A DNA stretch of 64,000 nt, from the NCBI GenBank assembly GCA_964036045.1, contig OZ038378.1, forward strand, positions 183,582,001-183,646,000. The letters run 5' to 3'. A program made the translations under genes and the position numbers. Positions 24,401 to 34,155 of the stretch are shown here, piece after piece. Positions within the stretch are counted from its first letter, which is position 1. Each line of letters opens with the position of its first letter. Under the pieces are notes generated by a model. The model saw only the letters and a list, made by a program, of their open reading frames with translations, ran no database searches and was not told the DNA's origin. The stretch is from Eutreptiella sp. 'Long Island Sound 2002'. Taxonomy: Eukaryota > Protista > Euglenida.

Positions 24401-27400
24401 CACAGAACACCTGGGGCTTCCAAGCACAATCAGGACATGACGGGCGATACTCAATCTTTAAAACCAGCCACTGCCCCCCCCCCCCCCCCCCCTTTGTGAT
24501 CAGAGATTGCATGTTTCTGGAACAGTTTGAAATGTGGTGTGTTATGCACACCTCAAATCAACCCATCCAATCATCTGGACCAAATGTTGTGGCATTTCTC
24601 CAATTTTCCAAGCGTATGTTCTCTCCACAAGTAGGCCACAATTTAGTGCTCCCTAGCAGCCCCCTCAGCCCCTCCTCCACCGAAACGCCCAGCTCCCTTC
24701 AGTCTTTTTCAGGCATGTTCAAGCACCAGGCTGTCTGAGTCCTTCAAGGTTCAATGGCCTGCTGCTCGCATTTGTGAACACCGGCAGTCGACGGAACACC
24801 ATCCTCTTGTCCCCTGACTCCCTGTTTCTGGTGACAGGAGGGGCGCCAGGTGCGGCCGGCAACCACCCGCTTGTAGTGCCGCGGATGGCGCGGACCTGGA
24901 GGTGGTCACACGGTATGCTGGGCCACACTGTGGCGTGTGCAGCTTGGCGATGCATCCGGGCGGGCAGCTCCTATGTTGGGGTTGGAGGATTGCTCCGTGA
25001 TGTTTTTCAGCGTCCCCCCCCCCCCCCTGTGAGCCCCGCACCCCTGTCAGAACCGCGGGAATTTTAGTTTCCGCAACTTTTGGAACTTTACTGCGGCTCT
25101 CGCAGGGGGGGGGCAGGGGAGGGCAGTAGGGGAGGGCAGTCCTGAGCCGTGGGTCGATGCCCATTTGTCCGAGTGGCACATCTGCTGTTCTTCTGAGATT
25201 TGGTTTCAGCAAGGGCTGCGGTCCACCGATGTTGAAGCGACGACGGGTGGCAGGCAAGGCATGGGGATTGGTGGGTCCTCTTTGGGGATTTGGTTGTGGT
25301 GATCGCCCGAAGTTCTGAGAGCGGTTCTCAACGTGTGTTTGTGTGTGTGTGTGTGTGTGTGTACACACAGAAACACTCACACAGAACACCTGGGGCTTCC
25401 AAGCACAATCAGGACATGACGGGCGATACTCAATCTTTAAAACCAGCCACTGCCCCCCCCCCCCCCCTTTGTGATCAGAGATTGCATGTTTCTGGAACAG
25501 TTTGAAATGTGGTGTGTTATGCACACCTCAAATCAACCCATCCAATCATCTGGACCAAATGTTGTGGCATTTCTCCAATTTTCCAAGCGTATGTTCTCTC
25601 CACAAGTAGGCCACAATTTAGTGCTCCCTAGCAGCCCCCTCAGCCCCTCCTCCACCGAAACGCCCAGCTCCCTTCAGTCTTTTTCAGGCATGTTCAAGCA
25701 CCAGGCTGTCTGAGTCCTTCAAGGTTCAATGGCCTGCTGCTCGCATTTGTGAACACCGGCAGTCGACGGAACACCATCCTCTTGTCCCCTGACTCCCTGT
25801 TTCTGGTGACAGGAGGGGCGCCAGGTGCGGCCGGCAACCACCCGCTTGTAGTGCCGCGGATGGCGCGGACCTGGAGGTGGTCACACGGTACGCTGGGCCA
25901 CACTGTGGCGTGTGCAGCTTGGCGATGCATCCGGGCGGGCAGCTCCTATGTTGGGGTTGGAGGATTGCTCCGTGATGTTTTTCAGCGTCCCCCCCCCCCC
26001 TGTGAGCCCCGCACCCCTGTCAGAACCGCGGGAATTTTAGTTTCCGCAACTTTTGGAACTTTACTGCGGCTCTCGCAGGGGGGGGGCAGGGGAGGGCAGT
26101 CCTGAGCCGTGGGTCGATGCCCATTTGTCCGAGTGGCACATCTGCTGTTCTTCTGAGATTTGGTTTCAGCAAGGGCTGCGGTCCACCGATGTTGAAGCGA
26201 CGACGGGTGGCAGGCAAGGCATGGGGATTGGTGGGTCCTCTTTGGGGATTTGGTTGTGGTGATCGCCCGAAGTTCTGAGAGCGGTTCTCAACGTGTGTTT
26301 GTGTGTGTGTGTGTGTGTGTGTACACACAGAAACACTCACACAGAACACCTGGGGCTTCCAAGCACAATCAGGACATGACGGGCGATACTCAATCTTTAA
26401 AACCAGCCACTGCCCCCCCCCCCCCCCCCCCCTTTGTGATCAGAGATTGCATGTTTCTGGAACAGTTTGAAATGTGGTGTGTTATGCACACCTCAAATCA
26501 ACCCATCCAATCATCTGGACCAAATGTTGTGGCATTTCTCCAATTTTCCAAGCGTATGTTCTCTCCACAAGTAGGCCACAATTTAGTGCTCCCTAGCAGC
26601 CCCCTCAGCCCCTCCTCCACCGAAACGCCCAGCTCCCTTCAGTCTTTTTCAGGCATGTTCAAGCACCAGGCTGTCTGAGTCCTTCAAGGTTCAATGGCCT
26701 GCTGCTCGCATTTGTGAACACCGGCAGTCGACGGAACACCATCCTCTTGTCCCCTGACTCCCTGTTTCTGGTGACAGGAGGGGCGCCAGGTGCGGCCGGC
26801 AACCACCCGCTTGTAGTGCCGCGGATGGCGCGGACCTGGAGGTGGTCACACGGTATGCTGGGCCACACTGTGGCGTGTGCAGCTTGGCGATGCATCCGGG
26901 CGGGCAGCTCCTATGTTGGGGTTGGAGGATTGCTCCGTGATGTTTTTCAGCGTCCCCCCCCCCCCCCTGTGAGCCCCGCACCCCTGTCAGAACCGCGGGA
27001 ATTTTAGTTTCCGCAACTTTTGGAACTTTACTGCGGCTCTCGCAGGGGGGGGGCAGGGGAGGGCAGTAGGGGAGGGCAGTCCTGAGCCGTGGGTCGATGC
27101 CCATTTGTCCGAGTGGCACATCTGCTGTTCTTCTGAGATTTGGTTTCAGCAAGGGCTGCGGTCCACCGATGTTGAAGCGACGACGGGTGGCAGGCAAGGC
27201 ATGGGGATTGGTGGGTCCTCTTTGGGGATTTGGTTGTGGTGATCGCCCGAAGTTCTGAGAGCGGTTCTCAACGTGTGTTTGTGTGTGTGTGTGTGTGTGT
27301 GTACACACAGAAACACTCACACAGAACACCTGGGGCTTCCAAGCACAATCAGGACATGACGGGCGATACTCAATCTTTAAAACCAGCCACTGCCCCCCCC

Positions 27401-28232
27401 CCCCCCCTTTGTGATCAGAGATTGCATGTTTCTGGAACAGTTTGAAATGTGGTGTGTTATGCACACCTCAAATCAACCCATCCAATCATCTGGACCAAAT
27501 GTTGTGGCATTTCTCCAATTTTCCAAGCGTATGTTCTCTCCACAAGTAGGCCACAATTTAGTGCTCCCTAGCAGCCCCCTCAGCCCCTCCTCCACCGAAA
27601 CGCCCAGCTCCCTTCAGTCTTTTTCAGGCATGTTCAAGCACCAGGCTGTCTGAGTCCTTCAAGGTTCAATGGCCTGCTGCTCGCATTTGTGAACACCGGC
27701 AGTCGACGGAACACCATCCTCTTGTCCCCTGACTCCCTGTTTCTGGTGACAGGAGGGGCGCCAGGTGCGGCCGGCAACCACCCGCTTGTAGTGCCGCGGA
27801 TGGCGCGGACCTGGAGGTGGTCACACGGTACGCTGGGCCACACTGTGGCGTGTGCAGCTTGGCGATGCATCCGGGCGGGCAGCTCCTATGTTGGGGTTGG
27901 AGGATTGCTCCGTGATGTTTTTCAGCGTCCCCCCCCCCCCTGTGAGCCCCGCACCCCTGTCAGAACCGCGGGAATTTTAGTTTCCGCAACTTTTGGAACT
28001 TTACTGCGGCTCTCGCAGGGGGGGGGCAGGGGAGGGCAGTCCTGAGCCGTGGGTCGATGCCCATTTGTCCGAGTGGCACATCTGCTGTTCTTCTGAGATT
28101 TGGTTTCAGCAAGGGCTGCGGTCCACCGATGTTGAAGCGACGACGGGTGGCAGGCAAGGCATGGGGATTGGTGGGTCCTCTTTGGGGATTTGGTTGTGGT
28201 GATCGCCCGAAGTTCTGAGAGCGGTTCTCAAC

Positions 28233-28268
<36 letters not shown>

Positions 28269-29331
28269 ACACAGAAACACTCACACAGAAAGGCGCCTAG
28301 TGCAGGCGGGACATGCTACTGTTTTTGTTCTGCTTTGCACCTGACGAGATCTAGTACATCCAGACCAGTCTTTTCTGTGCTCTGTTTGTCGCCGAAGTGT
28401 GTGTGTGTAACCCTTCCATTCCTCAACAGTGCTGGGACTGGGGCAGTACTGCGTCAGGTGCCACAGCACCACTAGGGAGGAGGGAAAATGCCAATGCACA
28501 TTCAAGGACCGTTGTTTGCGGCCAACAATTGTTGAATTACTGCGTGTGTACATAGTTTCTAATGTCGTGTTTTTTTTTTGTAACACGTTTTTCGACGTCC
28601 CAAAATACGTCCCAAAAAAATTGCTTTCCCCCTCTCGGCCTGAGGTGCCTGAGCACTACGCCAAAGGGACGTCAGGTGCCAAGGCACCACGGTAAACGCT
28701 GTTCCTTATTTTATTTTATGCTGTTCCTGCGCTGTTCTGTGGCGGATTGCGGCGGCCCTAGTGGCCCAGGTTGCATACCCCTGCCTTGCCGGTGGGCCAG
28801 CATGGACGCGCCTCAGATGAGATAGACTGAATGCCTTCAGACAGCGTGTTGTTGTCGCCGCGAGGGGGCGGCCAGCAACCACCCGCTTGTAGTGCGGCGG
28901 ATGGCGCGGACCTGGAGGTGGTCACACGGTACACTGAGCCACACTTGGCGTGTGCAGCTTGGCGATGCATCCGGGCGGGCAGCTCCTATGTTGGGGTTGG
29001 AGGATTGCTCCGTGATGTTTTTCAGCGTCCCCCCCCCCCTGTGAGCCCCGCACCCTTGTCAGAACCGCGGGAATTTTAGTTTCCGCAACTTTTGGAACTT
29101 TACTGCGGCTCTCGCAGGGGGGGGGCAGGGGAGGGCAGTCCTGAGCCGTGGGTCGATGCCCATTTGTCCGAGTGGCACATCTGCTGTTCTTCTGAGATTT
29201 GGTTTCAGCAAGGGCTGCGGTCCACCGATGTTGAAGCGACGACGGGTGGCAGGCAAGGCATGGGGATTGGTGGGTCCTCTTTGGGGATTTGGTTGTGGTG
29301 ATCGCCCGAAGTTCTGAGAGCGGTTCTCAAC

Positions 29332-29367
<36 letters not shown>

Positions 29368-30026
29368 ACACAGAAACACTCACACAGAAAGGCGCCTAGT
29401 GCAGGCGGGACATGCTACTGTTTTTGTTCTGCTTTGCACCTGACGAGATCTAGTACATCCAGACCAGTCTTTTCTGTGCTCTGTTTGTCGCCGAAGTGTG
29501 TGTGTGTAACCCTTCCATTCCTCAACAGTGCTGGGACTGGGGCAGTACTGCGTCAGGTGCCACAGCACCACTAGGGAGGAGGGAAAATGCCAATGCACAT
29601 TCAAGGACCGTTGTTTGCGGCCAACAATTGTTGAATTACTGCATGTGTACATAGTTTCTAATGTCGTGTTTTTTTTTTGTAACACGTTTTTCGACGTCCC
29701 AAAATACGTCCCAAAAAATTTGCTTTCCCCCTCTCGGCCTGAGGTGCCTGAGCACTACGCCAAAGGGACGTCAGGTGCCAAGGCACCACGTTAAATGCCG
29801 TTCCTTATTTTATTTTATGTTGTTCCTATGTTGTTCTGTGGCGGATTGCGGCGGCCAAGCTAGTGCAGCCGCAGCATGCCGCAGCACCTGTTTTTTGGAG
29901 CTGCACATGGGGGTTTTGAAGCATGCCGCAGCATGCCGCAGCGAGCCAAAATTTTCACGTGGCGGACTTTTTTTTTCATACCACGTCGAAACTCTGAACC
30001 CTTTGTTGCACAGGTGTCTCGGAACT

Positions 30027-30095
30027 GGATGGTAGCTCAGTGGTAAATTAACGGGCTGCAGCTTGTAGGGTCCTGGGTTCCAATCCCGGCTAGGG
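30027..30095 (+). pseudogene. tRNA-like remnant (Cys-GCA-like) or SINE head inside the hAT element
   Basis: A-box-like TAGCTCAGTGGTA (30033-30045), CTGCAG anticodon-loop-like core, T-arm CTGGG-TTCCAAT-CCCGG with B-box GGTTCCAATCC. The D-stem 3' side and acceptor stem are degenerate. Confidence 0.5.
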
Positions 30096-30155
30096 TACTT
30101 TACTGCCTGCAGTTCCTCTCTATTCTGATCTTCGCTTTTTTGGTGTTGTTTTGAC

Positions 30156-30971
30156 ATGTCAAGTCCTGAAGGATACTGTCTGTCTGCTCCTACTGTGTTC
30201 GCACGGGAGACCTTCTGCCTGCCCCATGTCTCCCCAGTTTGTCTTTATTTGTGTTGTCATGAGTCAGTCATCTGCACCAACAACATGCAGTCAAGAGCCA
30301 ACCACACCACTTTCCCAATCAGATGGGATCAAGCGGAACAAGCGTGTTTTCAAAAGCAGACAGGTGGCCCAGCTGATCCTTTGGGTGCGCTTAATGACAT
30401 TAAGAGCGCACAGGCTGAGGTCACTCGTGGGAAGTTTCCCCCTGGCGTGCAGAAATTGCTCAGTGCATGTCCAGCTCCACAGGCTGCTGCTCAGAGCAAG
30501 GTTTTGCAACAGGCAGCCACAGTGATGTCCAGCAAGGTGGATAATCTGCATGCAAAGACTATCAAAGGGCAAGGCAAGACTCAGGCGGCAGTTAATTGTT
30601 TCAACCCAGAACTGCTGCAGACCAAAGAAATGATGTCTTATTCTGAGTTGTGTAAGCACATACCCAATGTGCCACAATCTGAGTGGGTCCGGTATATTGC
30701 TCTGCCAGCCCCGAGCCCTCTGCCGGATTCTACTGCAGCCAGAGTGGCATGGTGGCATGCCAAAAAAGACGATTTTCCTGTGTTGAGTAGCATTGCTGTT
30801 TTCTTTGTCCGACGACCACGCTCTGCTTGCCATGTCGAGCGAACGTTCAGTTTGATGGGCCACATCCAGACAAAGGACCGTTTGCATATGGGCAACGACA
30901 CTTTGCGCCATTTGGCTATGATGTATGTCAACAAACCCACTACAGACGATCCGGATGGTGAAAGTGATTAA
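30156..30971 (+). CDS. 271-aa ORF ending in an hAT transposase C-terminal dimerization domain (truncated transposase)
   Basis: WWHAKKDDFPVLSSIAVFFVRRPRSACHVERTFSLMGHIQTKDRLHM matches the hAT WW...FP.L..IA...P.S...ER.FS...R consensus; ATG to TAA without interruption, lying between the TIRs. Confidence 0.85.
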   Translation: MSSPEGYCLSAPTVFARETFCLPHVSPVCLYLCCHESVICTNNMQSRANHTTFPIRWDQAEQACFQKQTGGPADPLGALNDIKSAQAEVTRGKFPPGVQKLLSACPAPQAAAQSKVLQQAATVMSSKVDNLHAKTIKGQGKTQAAVNCFNPELLQTKEMMSYSELCKHIPNVPQSEWVRYIALPAPSPLPDSTAARVAWWHAKKDDFPVLSSIAVFFVRRPRSACHVERTFSLMGHIQTKDRLHMGNDTLRHLAMMYVNKPTTDDPDGESD

Positions 30972-31206
30972 TTTGGCCCAACAGTGTTGTGCATGTTGTC
31001 TCTTGCATGTGAGTTCAACTTGACACAGAAGCGTAGGTACCCACAAGTGCAGGCTGAAGCATGCCGCAGCATGCCGCAGCATGCCGCAGCACAAGAAATT
31101 TTTCCGAGGGACCGCACTAGCTTGGCGGCGGCCCTAGTGGCCCAGGTTGCATACCCCTGCCTTGCCGCTGGGCCAGCATGGACATGCCTCAGATGAGATA
31201 GACTGA

Positions 31207-31883
31207 GGGGGAGCCTTAAGCGCAGTGCAACTATTTGGGCGTCTGGCCGTACTAGAGACCCATACTTTGAGATACTAGGGGCCCCTAGGGGCATCATTGT
31301 GACCCCTAGAGGAGGTTATGCAAGGCGTAGCACGTTTGGGTCAAGGCATGGCAAGGCGTAGCATGGTTGTGTCAAGGCATGGCAAGGCGCAATGCTCGTG
31401 TGCACACATTGATCTATCGTGCTTGCACATATGCTACAGGACTACATACCCCCCTCCTCCTTTCTTAGACACACTTTCTTCATGAATTTGAGTCTTGGCG
31501 ATCGGGTGTTCTACACCCGCTCCAACGGCGTGCGAGTTCCTGCCACGGTGGTTGGGATGGTGGGAGATGGGCTCATCCACTTGGAGTACTACCAAGATGC
31601 ACTGCGGGTGGTGAATCGCCAATGCAAGATGGAGTCCATGTGTACTTAGTTGACAATGGAACAGAAAGACAGTTGTATGTTCTTGAGGGTGGCGACCAAT
31701 GCGCTGTTCATGGCTTTTCCAGTTGTGCATGATGTGTGTTATGTGAAGGGAAGGTAGTTTGCAACTTTCTTGAGCTAGGGCAGTTTGGGTCACCTAATTC
31801 TAGGGGCGTTTCCAAGGGGTTTGCTTGGGGGCTCTTCGGGGGGGACATAGTCTAAAAGTAGCGCGCAGTGCAAAGGTTCCCCC
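31207..31883. mobile_element. PIF/Harbinger-like non-autonomous DNA transposon, 677 bp
   Basis: TIRs GGGGGAGCCTT (31207-31217) / AAGGTTCCCCC (31873-31883), 10/11 match; 3-bp TSD TGA (31204-31206, 31884-31886). Empty sites GATAGAC-TGA-ATGCC at 19036-19038 and 28828-28830. G-rich TIR plus TNA TSD is characteristic of PIF/Harbinger. Confidence 0.8.
31482..31649 (+). CDS. Short ORF with a Tudor/SH3-fold-like pattern inside the Harbinger-like element, probably a decayed longer ORF
   Basis: MNLSLGDRVFYTRSNGVRVPATVVGMVGDGLIHLEYYQD fits the GDRV...A.VV......v.y pattern of Tudor/Agenet/SH3-like barrels. Pattern recognition only. Confidence 0.45.
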   Translation: MNLSLGDRVFYTRSNGVRVPATVVGMVGDGLIHLEYYQDALRVVNRQCKMESMCT

Positions 31884-32168
31884 TGAATGCCTTCAGATAG
31901 CGTGTTGTTGTCGCCGGGAGGGGCGTCAGGTGCGGCCGGCAACCACCCGCTTGTAGTGCGGCGGATGGCGGACCTGGAGGTGGTCACGCGGTGCGCTGGG
32001 CCACGCTGTGACTTGCCTTGTGCAGCTTGGCGATGCATCCGGGCGGGCAGCTCCTATGTTTGGGGGTGGAGGATTGCTCCGTTATGTTTTTCAGCCCCCC
32101 CCCCCCCCCGGGAGCCCCGCACCCCTGTCAGAACCGCGGGAATTTTAGTTTCCGCAACTTTTGGAATT

Positions 32169-32804
32169 TTACTGCGGCTCTCGCAAGGGGGGGGGGGAGG
32201 GCACAGTCCTGAGCCGTGGGTCGATGCCCATTTGTCCGAGTTGCAGATCTGCTGTTCTTCTGAGATTTGGTATCAGTAAGGGCTGCGGTCCACCGATGTT
32301 GAAGCGACGACGGGTGGCAAGTGGCGGAAAGAACTCTGTGCCCATCCCCATACTGCAGACGGAGCGTTCGGACCTCAAAACCTTCAAGGGATTCATACCC
32401 AGGTCTCTAATTAGGGCTTGTGCCCCTTCACCGAGTGGTGCATCAATGGCCTCCAGAAGCACAACATCCAGTGATCGCCAGGCTGGCAGAAAAGATACAA
32501 GCAGTCGAATCATTTTCATATCGTCGGGGAAGTTTCTTTTAATGGTCACACACATGAACTCCGGTTCATCTCCTCTGAATAACGTTTTTGCTTTTTGGGA
32601 CGACTTTGGTTCCTTCAGGCCATCAAATCTCATTGAAAATCCCACTTGCAGATTCAGTCCCTGACTGAGGTAACATTCATTTTGGACAATGTAGTTGTGT
32701 TCGTGCAGTCCCGCCGGTACTACTACTAGCTGGGCACTGTCCGTCGACGTCAGGATCTCCTTCTCTGGTGTCCCATACTTCTTGATAAAGTCTTTGGCAC
32801 TCAT
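32169..32804 (-). CDS. 211-aa hypothetical protein whose 3' end lies in repeat block A
   Basis: ATG at 32804, globular-looking composition (MSAKDFIKKYGTPEKEIL...VVLLEAIDAPLGEGAQALIRDLGM), no internal stop. No family recognised. Confidence 0.4.
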   Translation of the reverse strand: MSAKDFIKKYGTPEKEILTSTDSAQLVVVPAGLHEHNYIVQNECYLSQGLNLQVGFSMRFDGLKEPKSSQKAKTLFRGDEPEFMCVTIKRNFPDDMKMIRLLVSFLPAWRSLDVVLLEAIDAPLGEGAQALIRDLGMNPLKVLRSERSVCSMGMGTEFFPPLATRRRFNIGGPQPLLIPNLRRTADLQLGQMGIDPRLRTVPSPPPLREPQ

Positions 32805-33959
32805 TCAGCCTAACCTCCTTGGTGGCGTCTGGGCACGATCCGGGATCACAGAATTGCAGGCTCAAGGGAGCTCTAGAGGGTACAGGGAAGTGGCAGCTGG
32901 GCTGCTCTAGTAGTAGTGAAGTTGTCGATGCGGGTCTGCCCCACAAAACGTGGCGAGGAATAAAAAGTCTGGAGGTATTAGGTACGGGTACAGGGCCAGC
33001 TTCAGCGGGTGGGTAAAGGTCTATGAGAGGCATGGGGCCAAGTACTCAACAATGGTGTGGGGCGGTTGAAACTAGTAAATGATATCGGGATCCACCGTTT
33101 CATTCCCACGGTGACCTGCTGCGCGCAACAAAATGTGTTCCGGAAAGGCTTGGAGGCGCCAGACGACACGCAAAAGGCTTCAAGACCAACAGGGTCACCC
33201 GTTTGGAGATGTTGTCCTTACAACATTGGTCCCTCGGGCTTCATAATGTCATTTTGCCCCGCTTTCACTTCTATTTTTTGTTTTCAGCAAAATGGGCTGC
33301 AGTCATTTCCGTTGGGCCGTGAACCATGGTGCCATCCCCCGAAAAAAGCTTCTGGGCAAGCAAACATGCTCGGGAAAGGCTGAGAGGTGCCGCACGTCAT
33401 GGAAAAACTTTCAACACCAATGAAGTCACCAATTAGGAAATGTAGTCCTCACAACATTGGTCCCTCCGGCACCATAATGTCATTTTCGCACATGGGACCA
33501 CAAGGTGACAAGTACGTCAGCGGCTAGTGGCCCCGCTATGTAAACCGTAGATAGCGGGTTCGAGCCATGTTAGCGGCTCATGCGTGGCACCATGGAAGAC
33601 AAGGGTCGATGATGAGCCACGGGGACAGTAGGCTTGCATACGTCCACGGGGGGGGGCACCATAGGTCACATACACCCACAACAGAGAATGTTTCTGATGC
33701 CTCCACTCCAGACTTCAGACTGCCAGAGAAATACATGAAAACGGAGAGGGGAAAGCAGAGAGGGGAATAGTGGTGTTGAAAAACACCATTGTGGCACCAT
33801 GGCGCCGAGGGTCTCACCCCTGGAACGGGCGAATCTTCGCCCGGTCGACCTATCGGTAGGCCAACAGGCGGGGCGGCGCGGCTTCCGGAGGAACACCCAC
33901 CTCATCGCTGGGCATGCCGCCCAGCACTCGCTCCTCCATGATGGTGGCGAGGGTGGGGT

Positions 33960-34155
33960 GCCCCTCCCTCTCCTTCTCCTTCTCCTTTTGGTTCTTCTCC
34001 TTCCGCACCTTCTCCTCCCACGGCACAATCTTATCCTTCTCCTTCTTCTCCTTCTCCTTCTTCTCCTTCTCCTTCTTCTCCTTCTCCTTCTTCTCCTTCT
34101 CTTCCCTCTCCTTCTTTTTGTTCCCCACCTTCTCCTCCCACGGTACAATCTTTCT
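33960..34155. repeat. CTT/CTC low-complexity tract (KEKEK-coding on the - strand) flanked by a ~26-bp direct repeat
   Basis: Seen directly: ACCTTCTCCTCCCACGG(C/T)ACAATCTT at about 34007 and 34127 brackets CTTCTCCTT repeats. Confidence 0.8.

Larger units (their letters stand above)
29856..31124 (+). mobile_element. Non-autonomous hAT DNA transposon, 1269 bp
   Basis: 11-bp TIRs CAAGCTAGTGC (29856-29866) / GCACTAGCTTG (31114-31124); 8-bp TSD GCGGCGGC (29848-29855, 31125-31132). The empty site has one copy of the 8-mer in the paralogous B block at 28749-28756. Subterminal GCATGCCGCA repeats; hAT dimerization-domain ORF inside. Confidence 0.93.
17536..32319. repeat. Mosaic tandem array of three blocks: U (~425 bp, 10 copies), A (~540-560 bp, 13 copies), B (~540 bp, 3 copies); order U-A-B-A-(U-A)x9-B-A-B*-A
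   Basis: U starts (CACCTGGGGCTTCC) at 17536, 19596, 20556, 21517, 22482, 23447, 24408, 25387, 26347, 27327. B starts (AGGCGCCTAGTGC) at 18500, 28291, 29390. Copies are near-identical apart from poly-C, poly-G and (GT)n length. Confidence 0.95.

Noticed and set aside
17536-28290. 0.96-kb tandem unit as a 5S rRNA, spliced-leader RNA or snoRNA gene array
   Set aside because: I could not recognise 5S sequence, a spliced-leader exon with GT donor, or paired C/D boxes; the unit is explained as unique flank plus repeat A. An Infernal/Rfam scan would settle it.
17620-29794. Many short repeated ORFs in the U/A/B array
   Set aside because: Their length and frame change with poly-C, poly-G and (GT)n slippage between copies, and they have no recognisable domains.
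30027-30095. Functional tRNA-Cys gene
   Set aside because: The D-stem and acceptor stem do not pair and the anticodon loop is irregular; called a remnant only.
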